Source: Klebsormidium nitens
Lineage: Eukaryota > Plantae > Klebsormidiophyceae
Direction: 5' to 3'
Assembly (NCBI GenBank): GCA_000708835.1
Contig: DF237441.1
Location: 1-64,000 of the forward strand
DNA: 64,000 nt
The notes under the pieces were generated by a model. The model did no database searches and was not told the origin of the DNA. It saw only the letters and a list, made by a program, of their open reading frames with translations. This document shows positions 1 through 12,024 of this stretch, piece by piece (position 1 is the first letter of the stretch; every line of letters starts with the position of its first letter). Position numbers and translations under genes: made by a program.

Positions 1-84
1 TTACGGTATATGTTCGAACTTCGAAGTTTTTACCGTACCAGCGCTTTGCATATCTGTTTGCATGCAGGCAGCAGGCCTGTCTAA

Positions 85-800
85 GGGTCTTTACACACAG
101 AGCGGGTGAACTTGGTTTTGAGCGACGGTACAGCAGGGGTTGCGGTGCTCCCGTCGCCAAGAAAACACCGCGGGTGAACTCAGGTGACCTTTTCAATTCG
201 CCGGCAAGTACGGCCTGACGTCAGCTTTTTCACCGCGGTGTTCCAAAGTGCTACCAGGGGGACCAAACACCCCAGGTAAATAGGTTTGCATCCTGAACCA
301 TGTGCCAGCAGCCAAACCTCTAATTGCCCCAACCCAAGAACTGGTGGAATTAAACCTCCGAAGGGTCTTGTATGTAACCCTCGAATTTTGGGTTGGGGCA
401 AGAAGGGGTTTAGGAGCTATACTGTGCCGATTAAGGAATGTTAACCAGGCATAATTGCTCAAACTACTTGATAACTAACCACTAGACCCAATCCGCAGCC
501 CGACCGGGGTCCCTTCAGTGCTCGGGACACTCCATAATGCAATCTAGACTGTCCGATTGAGGCAGTTTTTCATCGGACGGCGCGGAACATGGTTCCGGCT
601 CTCTGAGTGGGGTTTGGTCCCCCTGAGTGCTACCCCAAAAAAAGCCTGGTGACGGTGGTGAACTTTTTTGGACCGTCGCGCGGGACTACTTTTACGTGCG
701 GCAGTTACCCCCCGGAGTGACAAAGTAAACTTCCGCAAAACAACACCTTCGGTTCTCGGCGAATTCACCTAAAGTTCACCCTCTCTGTGTGTATAGACCC
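85..800. mobile_element. Non-autonomous DNA transposon (MITE), probably PIF/Harbinger (Tourist-like), 716 bp
   Basis: 29-bp terminal inverted repeats GGGTCTTTACACACAGAGCGGGTGAACTT (85-113) and AAGTTCACCCTCTCTGTGTGTATAGACCC (772-800), 27/29 match. Flanks are TAA (82-84) and TTA (801-803). No convincing ORF inside. Confidence 0.7.
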
Positions 801-927
801 TTAGGGTCTTTCGCGGATGAAAGGCGAGGGTGAGGTGAGAGAAGGCATCTGGACAAGCCCCTTGCCATTGATCGAGTTGCCGTAACTTCTGCACGAGCGC
901 CAGCCGAAACTTCGCATTTAAGCCTTG

Positions 928-3900
928 ATGCCAAAGCACGGGCATGGGTTTGCTGAGCGACCAGCACAGTCTCCATTTGCTACAAGCTCATCCTGCTCTC
1001 TCAAAATGGATGATGGAAACATGAGCCCACAGCCTTCTGATCTGAAGCGCAAAGCCACCGCTGCGTATTCTCTCTCCAATGACGATAGGGACAGAAGGCC
1101 GCCAAAAGTGGCCAAGCTGATTGATCCCGCGGACAAGCATTCGACAATGTCAGATGTCATCGGCAGACAAGCAGTACCACCATTGCCATCGGAGCCCTTG
1201 CAAGGCTTTCAAGAAAGTGCTTTCCACGATTTCAGGGAAGCAGGAAAGGACACCACTCAATTTGCACCACCTTTGGAAAACAAGGCAGAGAAGGAATCTC
1301 TAGCTCTGCTCGAGCCTTCTACTGGCGAGTCTAGAGGAGAGACACCGGGCGAAATTGATGATGGAGGGGTGGTGCGAAAAGTTTTTAAAGAGGCAGCCGA
1401 GAGGGTGCATTCCACCGGAGGAAGTCATGATACAAACGGTGCAGCTTGCGCAGCTGATGCGGCGCCTTCGATGTGTGCACCAGAAGGGCAAACTTCCAAG
1501 GGCGTGCCTGACGGAACTAGAGAGGGGCTGGGATTGGCAGGACAGGCGGTGCCGGATCTTGCTGCTAAGGGGATGGACTTGGACAATAAGACGGCGAGCA
1601 AGGAGACTCAAATGCAGCGCGATGGGGCCCTGTGTGCGCACTTTTTAAAGAACCAATGCCGGTAAGCTTTTGGTGCGGTTGGTCTGGAAACAAGTATTCG
1701 TCCATGTTTGGAACTCAAGCCTGCACTTACTTATGTTGCCGACTTCTGGTGACGAAAGAACTGATTCTGAGATGTGATTGAGGATAGAACAGCACGGCAG
1801 CGTAATAAGGTTTGGGTTTCGCCTGCGTCTCCTGACATGACTTGGTTTCGTTGGAAATAGCTGATGCTTTGTGGAGGTAATCAGGCGCTGTATTATCGAT
1901 TGGACTCGGACCCTGTGAGGAAGGACATCTGTTCCCACTCTTAGCTGCATGCATTTGCTTGACAGCACTTGGTCCCTGATCGCTGAGATGCCAGTTGACG
2001 AATGGGATTACCAGGACCAAAAAGTGGGTCCTTCTGAACCAGGACGCTAAAACAGATGGCTAAACTCAATAACACCCGGCCATTCCCCATCTACCAGCTT
2101 CAGCCTTTTGCCCCTGCTTTACGTTCCTTGTGCATGTCCAGCTAGGGTCCATGTTCGCCCATAGCAGTAGGCTCAACGGTTGCTCGCCAGAAGGTATTTT
2201 CTGGCACCACCGCAGCTTTTCAAGTCTCGAACCTTTGTCGAGGAACTGGCAGCACTGCGACAATGTCTTCAGCATCCCAGAATGCTGATCACCTCTTCTT
2301 TTTCTCGCTTTTCAGCTTCGGCAACACTTGCAAGTTTTCTCACTCAGCGGGAGAGTCTGTGCGCCCTGATTCGAAGCACACCCTTGGGCCAGTCAATTCG
2401 AAGGGCAGTGACAGGTCCTCAATGAGCGCTGCGGAATTGGGTAAGAGCCGCAACTTTGATTGCCAATGCCACCCGTTTATTTCTGCAATTCCCGCTTGCG
2501 TACCAGGACTTTTGATCAGCCACCCCAACATTGCTATACTTTAGGACTTTCTGCTCATCGGAAGGTTTCTAATGAGACAAAAAGACCCTCAGAAAAGTGC
2601 GGTCTGACGCAATTCTCGTCTGGTGTCGTTTGTCCACCACACGAATGGTTCCCGTCCTCACCTCTCCTTATTGCAAACTAAAAGCGCTGGTACATTGTCC
2701 AGATTTGCCCTGTCTTTTGTCTTCACATGTTTCCAGAGCGGCAGAGAATGCGCCAAGCGTCCGTATGAGCACACACATGGAAAGGACGTCCGGTATTGAA
2801 TTGCAGCTTCAGGTGTCTTCTGAGCTAGTTCAGTTGTTGCCCTGAAAACATAATCTTCATAGGCGAGCAGCTTCATATGCATATGCTTCACCACCGCCGT
2901 GCGGTCCCTCCCCATGATCATACAGCAACATCACGATTCCATCCCTAGTTTTCATATCAAAATTTTCACAAAATGTCCAAGCCTTCGCTTGGCAGAAGCT
3001 TTTCCGAGCCCCCATCTATCTAAAACGGGCCGCCTCTTCCAAATTCCTTTCATTTTCCATGAGCTCTTTGAGGGCTCTTTTCAAAGTCTATTCTCTCACA
3101 TCTCTCAGCTGCCCAGTACGGCCTGCTCAACAAGTGCGTGATCAATGTTCCCAAGCACTGGCTGACTCCCGACTTCAAGGCGTTTGTCGACGCGCTCGGT
3201 GTCAAGTACCAGTCCCTCAAGAAGCAGAAGGGCGCGATTCTCGGATTCCTGACCTTTGAAACTGTTGCACAGTCCGACGCCGCAGCAGCGGTTCTGTTGA
3301 AACAAACGCTCAGGGGCAGTCACTTGAAGATCAGCGAAGCGCGGCCGAGAGCCTGGGAGTTGCGCGCGATGGCGCAGCCGGGGGGGCTGGTTCGAGGGGC
3401 AAAAAGACCCCCTGGACAGGAGGGAAATCAGAATAATCGGACGGATAGTAGGAAACGGTCGGAGAGAGGGTAGCGAGGAAGGGGGAAGGCGGAGGAGGGG
3501 CCGGCGTGAGAGTTGGAGGAGGGGGGATCGGGGGGGCAGGTTATGATGATGACATCAGGAAGGATATCCGGGACGCGGTGACCCCCTGGTGGCGGACGGA
3601 ATATGCGAAGCAGCTAGAGCAGAAGGAGGCGACGATCGGACAGCTGCTGAAACGCCTGGTAAGGAGGAGTGCACATTGTTTCTATACTTTGAGGATGCTT
3701 CCAAAACGCTCATTTACGAATCAATCAAGCCGGGTTCTGAAGTTCCAAAAGTGCACACAACAATGTTTCTGAGTCTTTTCTGAACACACCAGATTTACAG
3801 TTCTGCTAATTTGGACACTCAGAACCTATCGCCCGCAGTGGACATGCGTGTCCTACGCTCTCATTTTCAGGTTGTGGAGAGAAGCAACCTAGCTCTGCCT

Positions 3901-6900
3901 GGTTGACTGCAGATGGTTACGGTTAGAGAGGTTTAGAGACAAACCTTAGGGCGGGCTGTAGATTAGACCACCAGGTCTTGTCCCCGTTGCAGTGTGTAGC
4001 CCTAGGGGAGCCTCGGGGCTTCCGTATTGGTGCTCCGAGCGGGGGCCTTATACTTCTTGCCTCTTTTCTACCCAACCCACTTGATTTCATTTTTCAAGTT
4101 TTTGTGCTGATCGAAGCAGCCTCGCACCTCTTGTTTAGCCACACTTCCGCTTCAGTGAATCAGATGAGGTCCAACTTTCTTGGTATCTCCTGATGAAGTG
4201 AAGCGTTCCTTTTTACCTGGACGGTTCCGATTGAGCTTCCCCACACGCGGTCGACATGTGAACTACCTCTCGGACTCAGCCCGAAACATTATCTACGAAG
4301 CTATTCAGTCTGCGTCTCGCGTGGCCCCAGGGCGTTCCTTCTTCCGAAGACAATAAACCCCTGAAGCGACGAAACCCTTAAATCTGGAACCCCATAAAAT
4401 ACATCTTGGCCTGCATCTGTAGCTCCGAAAATCTTGTAGAGCGTGCCCCAGGGCGTTTTCTCTGCTTCCACCGTAATCACAAAACGACGACTGATGTTAT
4501 TGCGGAACCCCGGAAGAACAGAGTTTGGCCTGCATCTGCGAAGCCCCAAGCTTTCTGTCTTCAGAAACGAAACTGCAAAATGACGGCTCCCTGAAAGTGT
4601 AGCCTTGGGCTCTTACCGCAGGTCCGAAAAGCTCGCAAAGCCTGGCCCCAGGGCGTCCCCTCCCCCGCGTGGTTGCGTCACTCCAAGAAGCACACGGGCA
4701 TGGCGTGCCCCCTGCTGGGGATTGTCGCGTCTCCGGTTACGGAGGGGTACCGGAACAAGTGCGAGTTCACGATTGGGCTTGGCATGGACGGCCAGAGAAC
4801 GGTGAGGGGTTTCGCAATAGGCGGGCGTTGATGGGTTTCGAGATTTTGGGTTTGCGAATGACGAGCTGGGTTTGTGCCTGAGGTTCGAGCTTCGAGATAC
4901 AAGTTTTGTGTTCCTGGGGATAGCGTTGGTGCAAGGAACAACCTTCTGATTTTGCGATAGGCAAAGTGGTCGATAATCCGGAATACCTAGTAAAAAAGGG
5001 CGGTCTGATGGTAGCTTTCGACCATTACCATCTTTGAGCGGAGATCGCTCCAACTCGAGATGCTGGATGGCCTCTGAGCAGTTTCTTCGCTGCAAAAAAT
5101 TTCGGACACCTCACACAACAATTTTGGTACTGCTTTCGACGTTCTCCAAAAGTAGTTGGTCTCGAAGCAGCCCGTGCTTGTGTGCTTAGCACTGTTTTGG
5201 GTCGACTCGATGGACTTCCGAAGGTGCTCCATCCGTTGTGGAGCTTGTTGTGCTGATTGCAAGGACTCTTTGCACGGGCGCCACCTCTCTAGTGAAGCGA
5301 TCCGTTATCTGTATTGCTTACCAGATGATCCTCTAGGGGCAGGATCTTGAAGATACTGTGAGATCCTGGCCGGCAGGATAAGTTGTCTCAGCTTGGGCAC
5401 TTGGCTTCCCGGCCAAGTCAACGTCTGAGAAGCGTGTTTACTTTCGATCGTGCAGGTTGGCTTTCAGCTGGGGTTGTTCCGAGAGGGTTACACTGCCATC
5501 GCATCGCCCCGGGAGTGCCTGAACGTGTCGCCGGTCTCGAAAGCCTATGTCGAAATCATCCAGGTGAGCTTGCCATGGCTGTTTTTGACTCTCCAGATCC
5601 TTTAGAGGCGGTTTCTTGTATCTGCAGATATCCCGGATCCCGGCAGATACAAGAAACGGGCCCGTGAAGTGCAGGGACAAGATGCCGCATCGGCAAACTG
5701 CGAGGTTTCTGGAAACGACGATGTACTCGTTCTTTGGTCTGATCGAGATGACACTTTGTCGAAAACAAATGTGGTACCTGCGTTACTAACGAAGCCTGCC
5801 TGAGATAGATGGGTTGCCTTGCAAGACCGCGGCCTTGCGGCTGACTTCCGCTAGAACTGCTTCTTGTGACAACCGGTCGAAAAAGACGTTCGCTTTCAGG
5901 TTTTCGAGCCGTTCCCTTGTTGTTCCCATCCGGGTCTGCCACGGGTGTTATGCTCTTTCAGTCCGGTCGACTCGTTAATTTGGAGCTCGTTGATGGTTGT
6001 CTGTCTCTCTAAGTGTTCACGCTCTGCGAGACCGGTTCTTTTGCCAAACTCAACTCGAACGTCCGAGCTGATTCATAGAGAAGAATGAGACGGGCGTATG
6101 ATGATTGCTTCTGAACGTACGATTGCGCTTCTGCAGGACTTCATTCGGACGTCCGAGCTCAGCGTGTGGGACAAGAAGGAGAATAAGGGCGTTTGGCGAA
6201 TGGTTACGATACGGGAAGGGCGGGCCGCCGCCGAGGGCGGGCCAGAAGACGGGAGCACCAAGATTGGCGAGGTGGGAAATTAGGGAACGAGTTTCCTTCG
6301 CTCTTAGCACCTGGAACATTTCCGAACATTTCCAATGTAACCTGAACCCTATTTTCAGCATGCCATTACAGCCCTTTCATAAGTATCATGATCTGCAGCT
6401 GAATCTCTGACTGGAAATGCGACAGTGTCCCGAATGATTCTCGTCTCATAATCTGCCAGGATTGACGACTTCGGAGCCCCGGGTTCTTGACATCAAGCCC
6501 TTCTCGTGTCAAAATTTGACGAAACAGAATTCGGGCTTTAGAGGTCGCAGAGACCGTTGCAAGTTCATATGCAGGTTCCATCCAGTGAACGAGCTCAGTC
6601 TCTGCCCAGAAGCATTCCTACATTCCCCGCTGGATCGCAGAGATGAAAGCGTAATCCCTTGTCAATTCTTTTCAACATTACGAGCACATTTGAGAGACGT
6701 GCGGCTTTGCGTGGCCCGATACGAATATGTTTCCCCCTTCTCGAGTGCAGCCTTCCACTATTTCGCACCATCTCTGCAACCTCCTTATCGCTTGGGAAAG
6801 TCGCAACTTGTCGATCTGACTCGTCTGCCTTTGTATGCCGTGCGGATCATATGCTAAGAACAGCTTACAGAGTCCAAAAAAATTCCGTACCTTTCGAGGC

Positions 6901-9900
6901 AGCAGTGTCTCATATAAACGACGGGCGAGTCTTTGGACGGAGAGTGTAGGCAGCTACGGCTTGATACAGAAGGAGGTTTCTCCCACATGCATTTCTGCAC
7001 ATGCAGACAAGCAGTGCAATCACCGAAGACTCTCCTCTTCGTCTTACTGCTGGAATTGGTAACAGTTCAAGTGCGAAGTTCCACACTTGACAAGCAGCGC
7101 AATCGTTTCAAGACTCTTTTGCTTGTTTCCTTACTGCGGTTACTGCTGATGGTTCCGGTGAGAAGTTTCACACTTATGAGCATGTAGACAAGCAGTGCAA
7201 TTGTCAAAGAAATTTGTTTTCTGCTTCTTACAGCAGGTACTGGTGATGATTCAAGTGAGCTCGAGGGACGCCCCCAGCGCCGACGCGCTGCAGTCAGAGT
7301 ACGGGCGGCTGACGGAAGCGATTTTCTCCGGAGCAGCTGCGCAAAGTCTGCCGTTAACGTATCTGGTAGTTCAGGTAGGCTCAGTTCTTCTTTTCTTTCT
7401 TTACCATTTGGGGACTCCGGCTTTCAGCGGCCAGGCATCGTCCCAGCAAACGTCATCGGACTGGTGTCAGAACGGATGGAAGGAGAACTGCCTTTGCCGG
7501 TGAACTCCCTGGTTACCCCCTGCATCTAAAACCCTGTGATCGACGGTCAGGTTTGGGGTTTTGCTCAAGTCAGAGCGTCGATCTGAAGAGGGTTATAGTG
7601 AGGAGGGGTCTCTAATGTCGGCTCGGGAGTTCATGTTCTGTCTCCATCCGGTCTGTCAGATGGGGTGTCGAATTCACAAGTGACATATGAATCGATAGGT
7701 TAGGTATAATAATCTCAAATTAGACAGGGTCGGGTGGGGTTAGTCAGGGGTTTTAGCGTGGGGAGGGGTTCGGAGCAGGTAAATGTTTGGGTTCCGGTTT
7801 TTGTTCGGTGTTGGGTTGGTCCCAAGACTTGGCTTGGATTCATCATGAACATACTAGAGAACCTTAGATGTTGGTAGACCGGTTAGGGCGGCTCAGAAAG
7901 TGAAGCCAGAGAAGGACCAGATTGTGGTGGTCCTGCCAACTAGGATGGGGCAGAGTTGATCTGCATCTTGCATATCAATGAAAAGCAAGTACTCTGCGCT
8001 GCTTGCTCCCTACTATAACTCAATGTCTCCTGTGTTATCTTTCAACGAAGGGCGAGAAAATTAGCCGGATTGATGTTCCAGACGCATTCCATTGTGTTTC
8101 TATCGAGCAGAAAAGGCGAATGACGTCAGTCAATTGAATTCGCAAGACCCACGTGCCAATCCACGTCACTTTCCAGGTGCACGAAGGCGTCTCCAACGCT
8201 GCCCCACCAGACGCTCCCCAGATCATTCTCGTGAACAACCGTACGGAATCCGGTGGGGTCTCAAATGGAACGGAAGCTTCGACCTCGAGTGACGCCGCGC
8301 ACATTTTCGAGCACATGTGCGGGCTCAAGTTCCGGCTCTCGCTATCGGCCTTCTTTCAGGTGGGCATTGTCTCGTGCTCCTCATAGCAATCTGCTTTTCA
8401 GAACTTTGGAGGTGTTTCTGAAGCAGCTTCGTTCGAGGGGCACTAACCAGATTGTCGGCCCTAGGACTCAAACCAGATACTGCCTGTAAATCCGGGGGGG
8501 TAATTTCAAACCCGGCTTCCACTTTTTCGGTCTTGTAGGCAGTGGGATGTTGCGTGTTTTGCCGATATGGCGACATTTTGATTGTACTTCTTGAGAGCGT
8601 CTGCTATTTCTCGACTTTCTCTCAGAGACTCTCGTTTTCAACGTTGTGTGTTAAGCTAGCCAGTTTACTCTATCCTGTTTTCATCCGCCATACTGAAATG
8701 TCTCCTGAAGTCGTCAAAGGACTTAAAGCTTAGGCCTTTGCGATATTCCAAATCAAAGTGTTGAAAGCCACGTTGGTTCATAGTCGAATAGTCGCGCCGC
8801 AAATGGGCAGCTTTACCAGCAGGGCAGCGTTCGGCGTGCCTCAACTCTGAACTGAAGTCATACATTTTGAAGCTCCTCAAAGCTCCAGACAGCAAAAACG
8901 CCGACTCTCAGATGTCGATTCCCAGTCGTTTCCCTGAGAAAGCTGTGCTGCCTTGCCGGCATGTCTCTGCGCCGCAGGTATTCGTTTTTTTAGTAGTTTA
9001 GGAGTGTCGTGCATACTTCTTAAGAGCTTTTACTCTCATTGTTCAAGGTAAACACCGCTGCGGCTGAGAAGCTCTACCGCCTCGCCGGCGACTGGGCGGG
9101 CCTCAACCGGCGAACCCTCCTCTTCGACGTTTGCTGCGGAACCGGAACGATCGGACTCACTCTTGCGGGGACCGTGGGCAAAGTCGTCGGGATCGAGATG
9201 ATTGCTCCGGCCGTCGAGGACGCACGGAAAAACGCGGAGCTGAACGGAATCCGGAACTGCGAGTTTGTGTGCGGGAAAGCGGAGGCGGTCCTCGGGAAGC
9301 TGCTGGCGCGATACGCGTCCCAGGTGGCGCCTGCTGACGCGGCGGCTGATGCGGCAGCCCGGGATGACGTCACAGACGGAGGAGAAGTGGGTGCTGACGT
9401 GGCGGCTAATGGTGGCCGCCAAGCGGCTACTACTGAGGTGGCGCCAGCAGAGGAAGCGCGGGGTTCGGCAATTGGGGCTGCGGATGAGGAGATCGGGGAA
9501 TTAATAAACGCTGACTTGGCAGCGAAGGGGCCAAGAAGTGATGACGTGGCGGCCAACGGGACTCCTGGGACGGACACGTCGGCCGCGAAGGAACGAGCAA
9601 CGCCGAGCGTGGCTTCGGGCCCGGAAGCACCAGCCGCCTCGCTTGAAGGGGTTTCGGAAAGACGAAAACGCGGAGATGACGTCAGCGGGGCAAGCGGCGC
9701 TGCGGTGGGGGCCTCTGGCGAGGACGTCAGTGGCGGGACCGGGTCGGCTTTGCGCGGGGAAGACGGAGAGGAGGCGCTATTCTCGGACGTCGTCGCAATC
9801 GTGGACCCGCCCCGCTGTGGGCTGCATCCGAACGTGAGTACAATGCTGCCTATTTTCTGGATTCCCTTGAGCGTCCTTCTTACAGCCGCAGCCAAAACTT

Positions 9901-10499
9901 GTGGTGTCGGGGCTGGATGACAGCTGTCTGATGTCTGTTGTGCGCTCCTTTTCCGAAGGCGCATAGGTTGGTGTGAATGAAGGGTGCGAAGCGGAAAAAA
10001 GGGCTATCCGTTGAGTCTAAATTGCGTACAACGATCGGTCCAGCAGCCAACAGCAACAAACCAGCATGCATCGATCTTCCACGCATGCTTCTTAGTACCA
10101 GAAAAGACGTAGCCACCTCTCAAAGAGCTCAACCTGCTCAGACCATTGCCTTACCCCTTCCATCCGAGAACAGCAGCACTCAAAACCGCGACGGTTCAGC
10201 GGGCATGATCGGCATCGTATGAAACATTACGACGTCACCAGGATTTGCATCTGTTCCCTCAGGTGCTCAAAGCGCTGGCGGCCCACGAGCGCCTCCGGCG
10301 GCTCGTATACGTATCCTGCAATCCGGAGAGCTTATTGACCAACGTGCTCGAGCTATGCGTTGCGAGTGGGGGGGCAAACCAGGGGCGTGGAAAGGGGGGG
10401 GCCAGGGCGCCCCCGCCATTTCGACCAGTGAAAGCGATGGCTGTTGATCTGTTCCCCCACACGCCACATTGCGAAATGGTCATGCTACTTGAGCGTTAG
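928..10499 (+). CDS. TRM2: tRNA (uracil-5-)-methyltransferase, TRM2/TRMT2A family, plant-type CCCH zinc finger + RRM + SAM-dependent MTase; about 1,030 aa
   Basis: Phase-consistent GT-AG exons: 928-1661, 2316-2440, 3109-3447, 3540-3658, 4622-4801, 5456-5563, 6137-6271, 7237-7374, 8177-8359, 9048-9833, 10263-10499. CCCH finger CAHFLKNQCRFGNTCKFSH is joined across intron 1. RRM-like KCVINVPKHW...GFLTF. Motifs GYRNKCEFTIG, SAM-binding LFDVCCGTGTIG, VDPPR, catalytic YVSCNP and DLFPHTPHCE. Confidence 0.95.
5611..5657. repeat. Perfect 15-bp inverted repeat (hairpin) in a TRM2 intron
   Basis: GTTTCTTGTATCTGC (5611-5625) and GCAGATACAAGAAAC (5643-5657), with a 17-nt loop. Confidence 0.9.
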
Positions 10500-12024
10500 G
10501 AGCCGACCACGCTGGGCAGGCCAGGGGCTAATTGGTGATGACGTCACATTACCAACCGTATTGCTTGTTAGCTGGAAGTAGGGAAGCTGACATGTTTACG
10601 GCTGGCTTTTTGCAGTCTTTAGAATGGCGAAACAATCTGAATAATCGGTACGAAAGCTTAGCGAGAGTTCAATTTGTCAAATGAGCGTCTCAAGCCTGAA
10701 TGTGCTATACGTCGATCCGAGTTCGGTTTCATGCAATTGATTATACTTCAAGTTCAGCCACGATCGAGCTTCAATGACTTGCAACGGTTGATGGTATTGG
10801 TACGTACCAGGAAGGTCGATGCCAAGACCAATGATCCAAGTTTTGTACCATTTCCAATTCCATATTGAAGCGATTGAGCGCCATCATTGGTGTTCTTCTC
10901 TAGCTTAATATAACATTTCGATCAATGCGCATGATCGGTTACTAGACGGTCGCGATCGATCTCCTGCATATGCAGTATAACGTGGCGCCGGGTTTGTGAT
11001 CAGCGGCGAGTGGCGAGCCTAGATGCATATGTCATGCTGAATGTACGTGAGTACGTCCATTGCACTTGCTCGATCCCATCTTAAAATAGGGGAAACTTAG
11101 GCACCCATGCCACCGTGACATCGGCCGGCAACCGTATGCGTTTGCTTCAATTTGCTAATCGACTAAGGTCTACGCAATGAGCTATAATCTCCTATTGTGG
11201 AAGGCTTTTCCCTGACGTTCTCCCATGGAATAGAGTGGTAGTCGATCCGCTACCGTTTAGGCGACGATGGGGCGAATGTCGTACAGCCTGTGTGTGCTAA
11301 ACTTACCAATTCTCCTGGAGTCTACCGCTGGCTCAACCACAACATTGAAAAAACTGCGAGATTTGATGCGTAAATCAACTTTTCTGCAGCCTGAAGGTCG
11401 GCGGCTTTGGGCTGAAGCAGCTCTTTGGGTGTCTGCACTGCAGTCATCGGCACCGCGCAATGCATGCAGTGAAAGCCTTCAAACCATATGCAGACTTGCG
11501 GTACACCCTTATTACATATCATCGGCAGGGGAGTCAGATTACGAGTCTCCTTTCAAGATGCTCGTAGCGCTCTGCTCGACGATCATCATGCCGTCGGATA
11601 CCTGCAACACAAACCGCCATGTGCTCATGCTCATGCTTCCGAAGATCAGAAGTTCTGATCTTCCAATCGTACTATCCAAGCCGATACTATGATCTCCTCC
11701 GGCCGATTTTAGAAATGGGTGAGGGAATAAACAAGCCCTGAAATGCTTTCTCCGAGATCGTGCTTTAACCCTGCGCAAGTACTGTGGGCACTTTCCTACA
11801 TGCGACAACCACGCCTGACTTTGTAGGCCACCGCAAAGGCTCTAGTTAGAGTAAGAAATCTGAAGCTCAGACGCTTCAAGAGCATCTCAAGAGCACGAGC
11901 GGGTCTTGACCAGACAAGGACTCTTCCGCACATACTGAATCAGCCGTCAGCTCGAAAAAGCGCCGTACTCCACGTTCTTCTCTCAGTCACCACGACCTTG
12001 CGCACATGAGGCGGCAACTTGAAG

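Noticed and set aside
2590-2815. Possible extra TRM2 exons (e.g. SGRECAKRPYEHTHGKDVR)
   Set aside because: Exon 2316-2440 (phase 1) joins exon 3109 (phase 1) directly, and the candidate exon phases do not fit.
9074-9964. 296-aa minus-strand ORF
   Set aside because: Antisense shadow of the GC-rich TRM2 exon 9048-9833, which carries the conserved MTase motifs.
11267-11692. 141-aa plus-strand ORF
   Set aside because: No recognisable domain or splice context; it overlaps exon-like segments on the minus strand.
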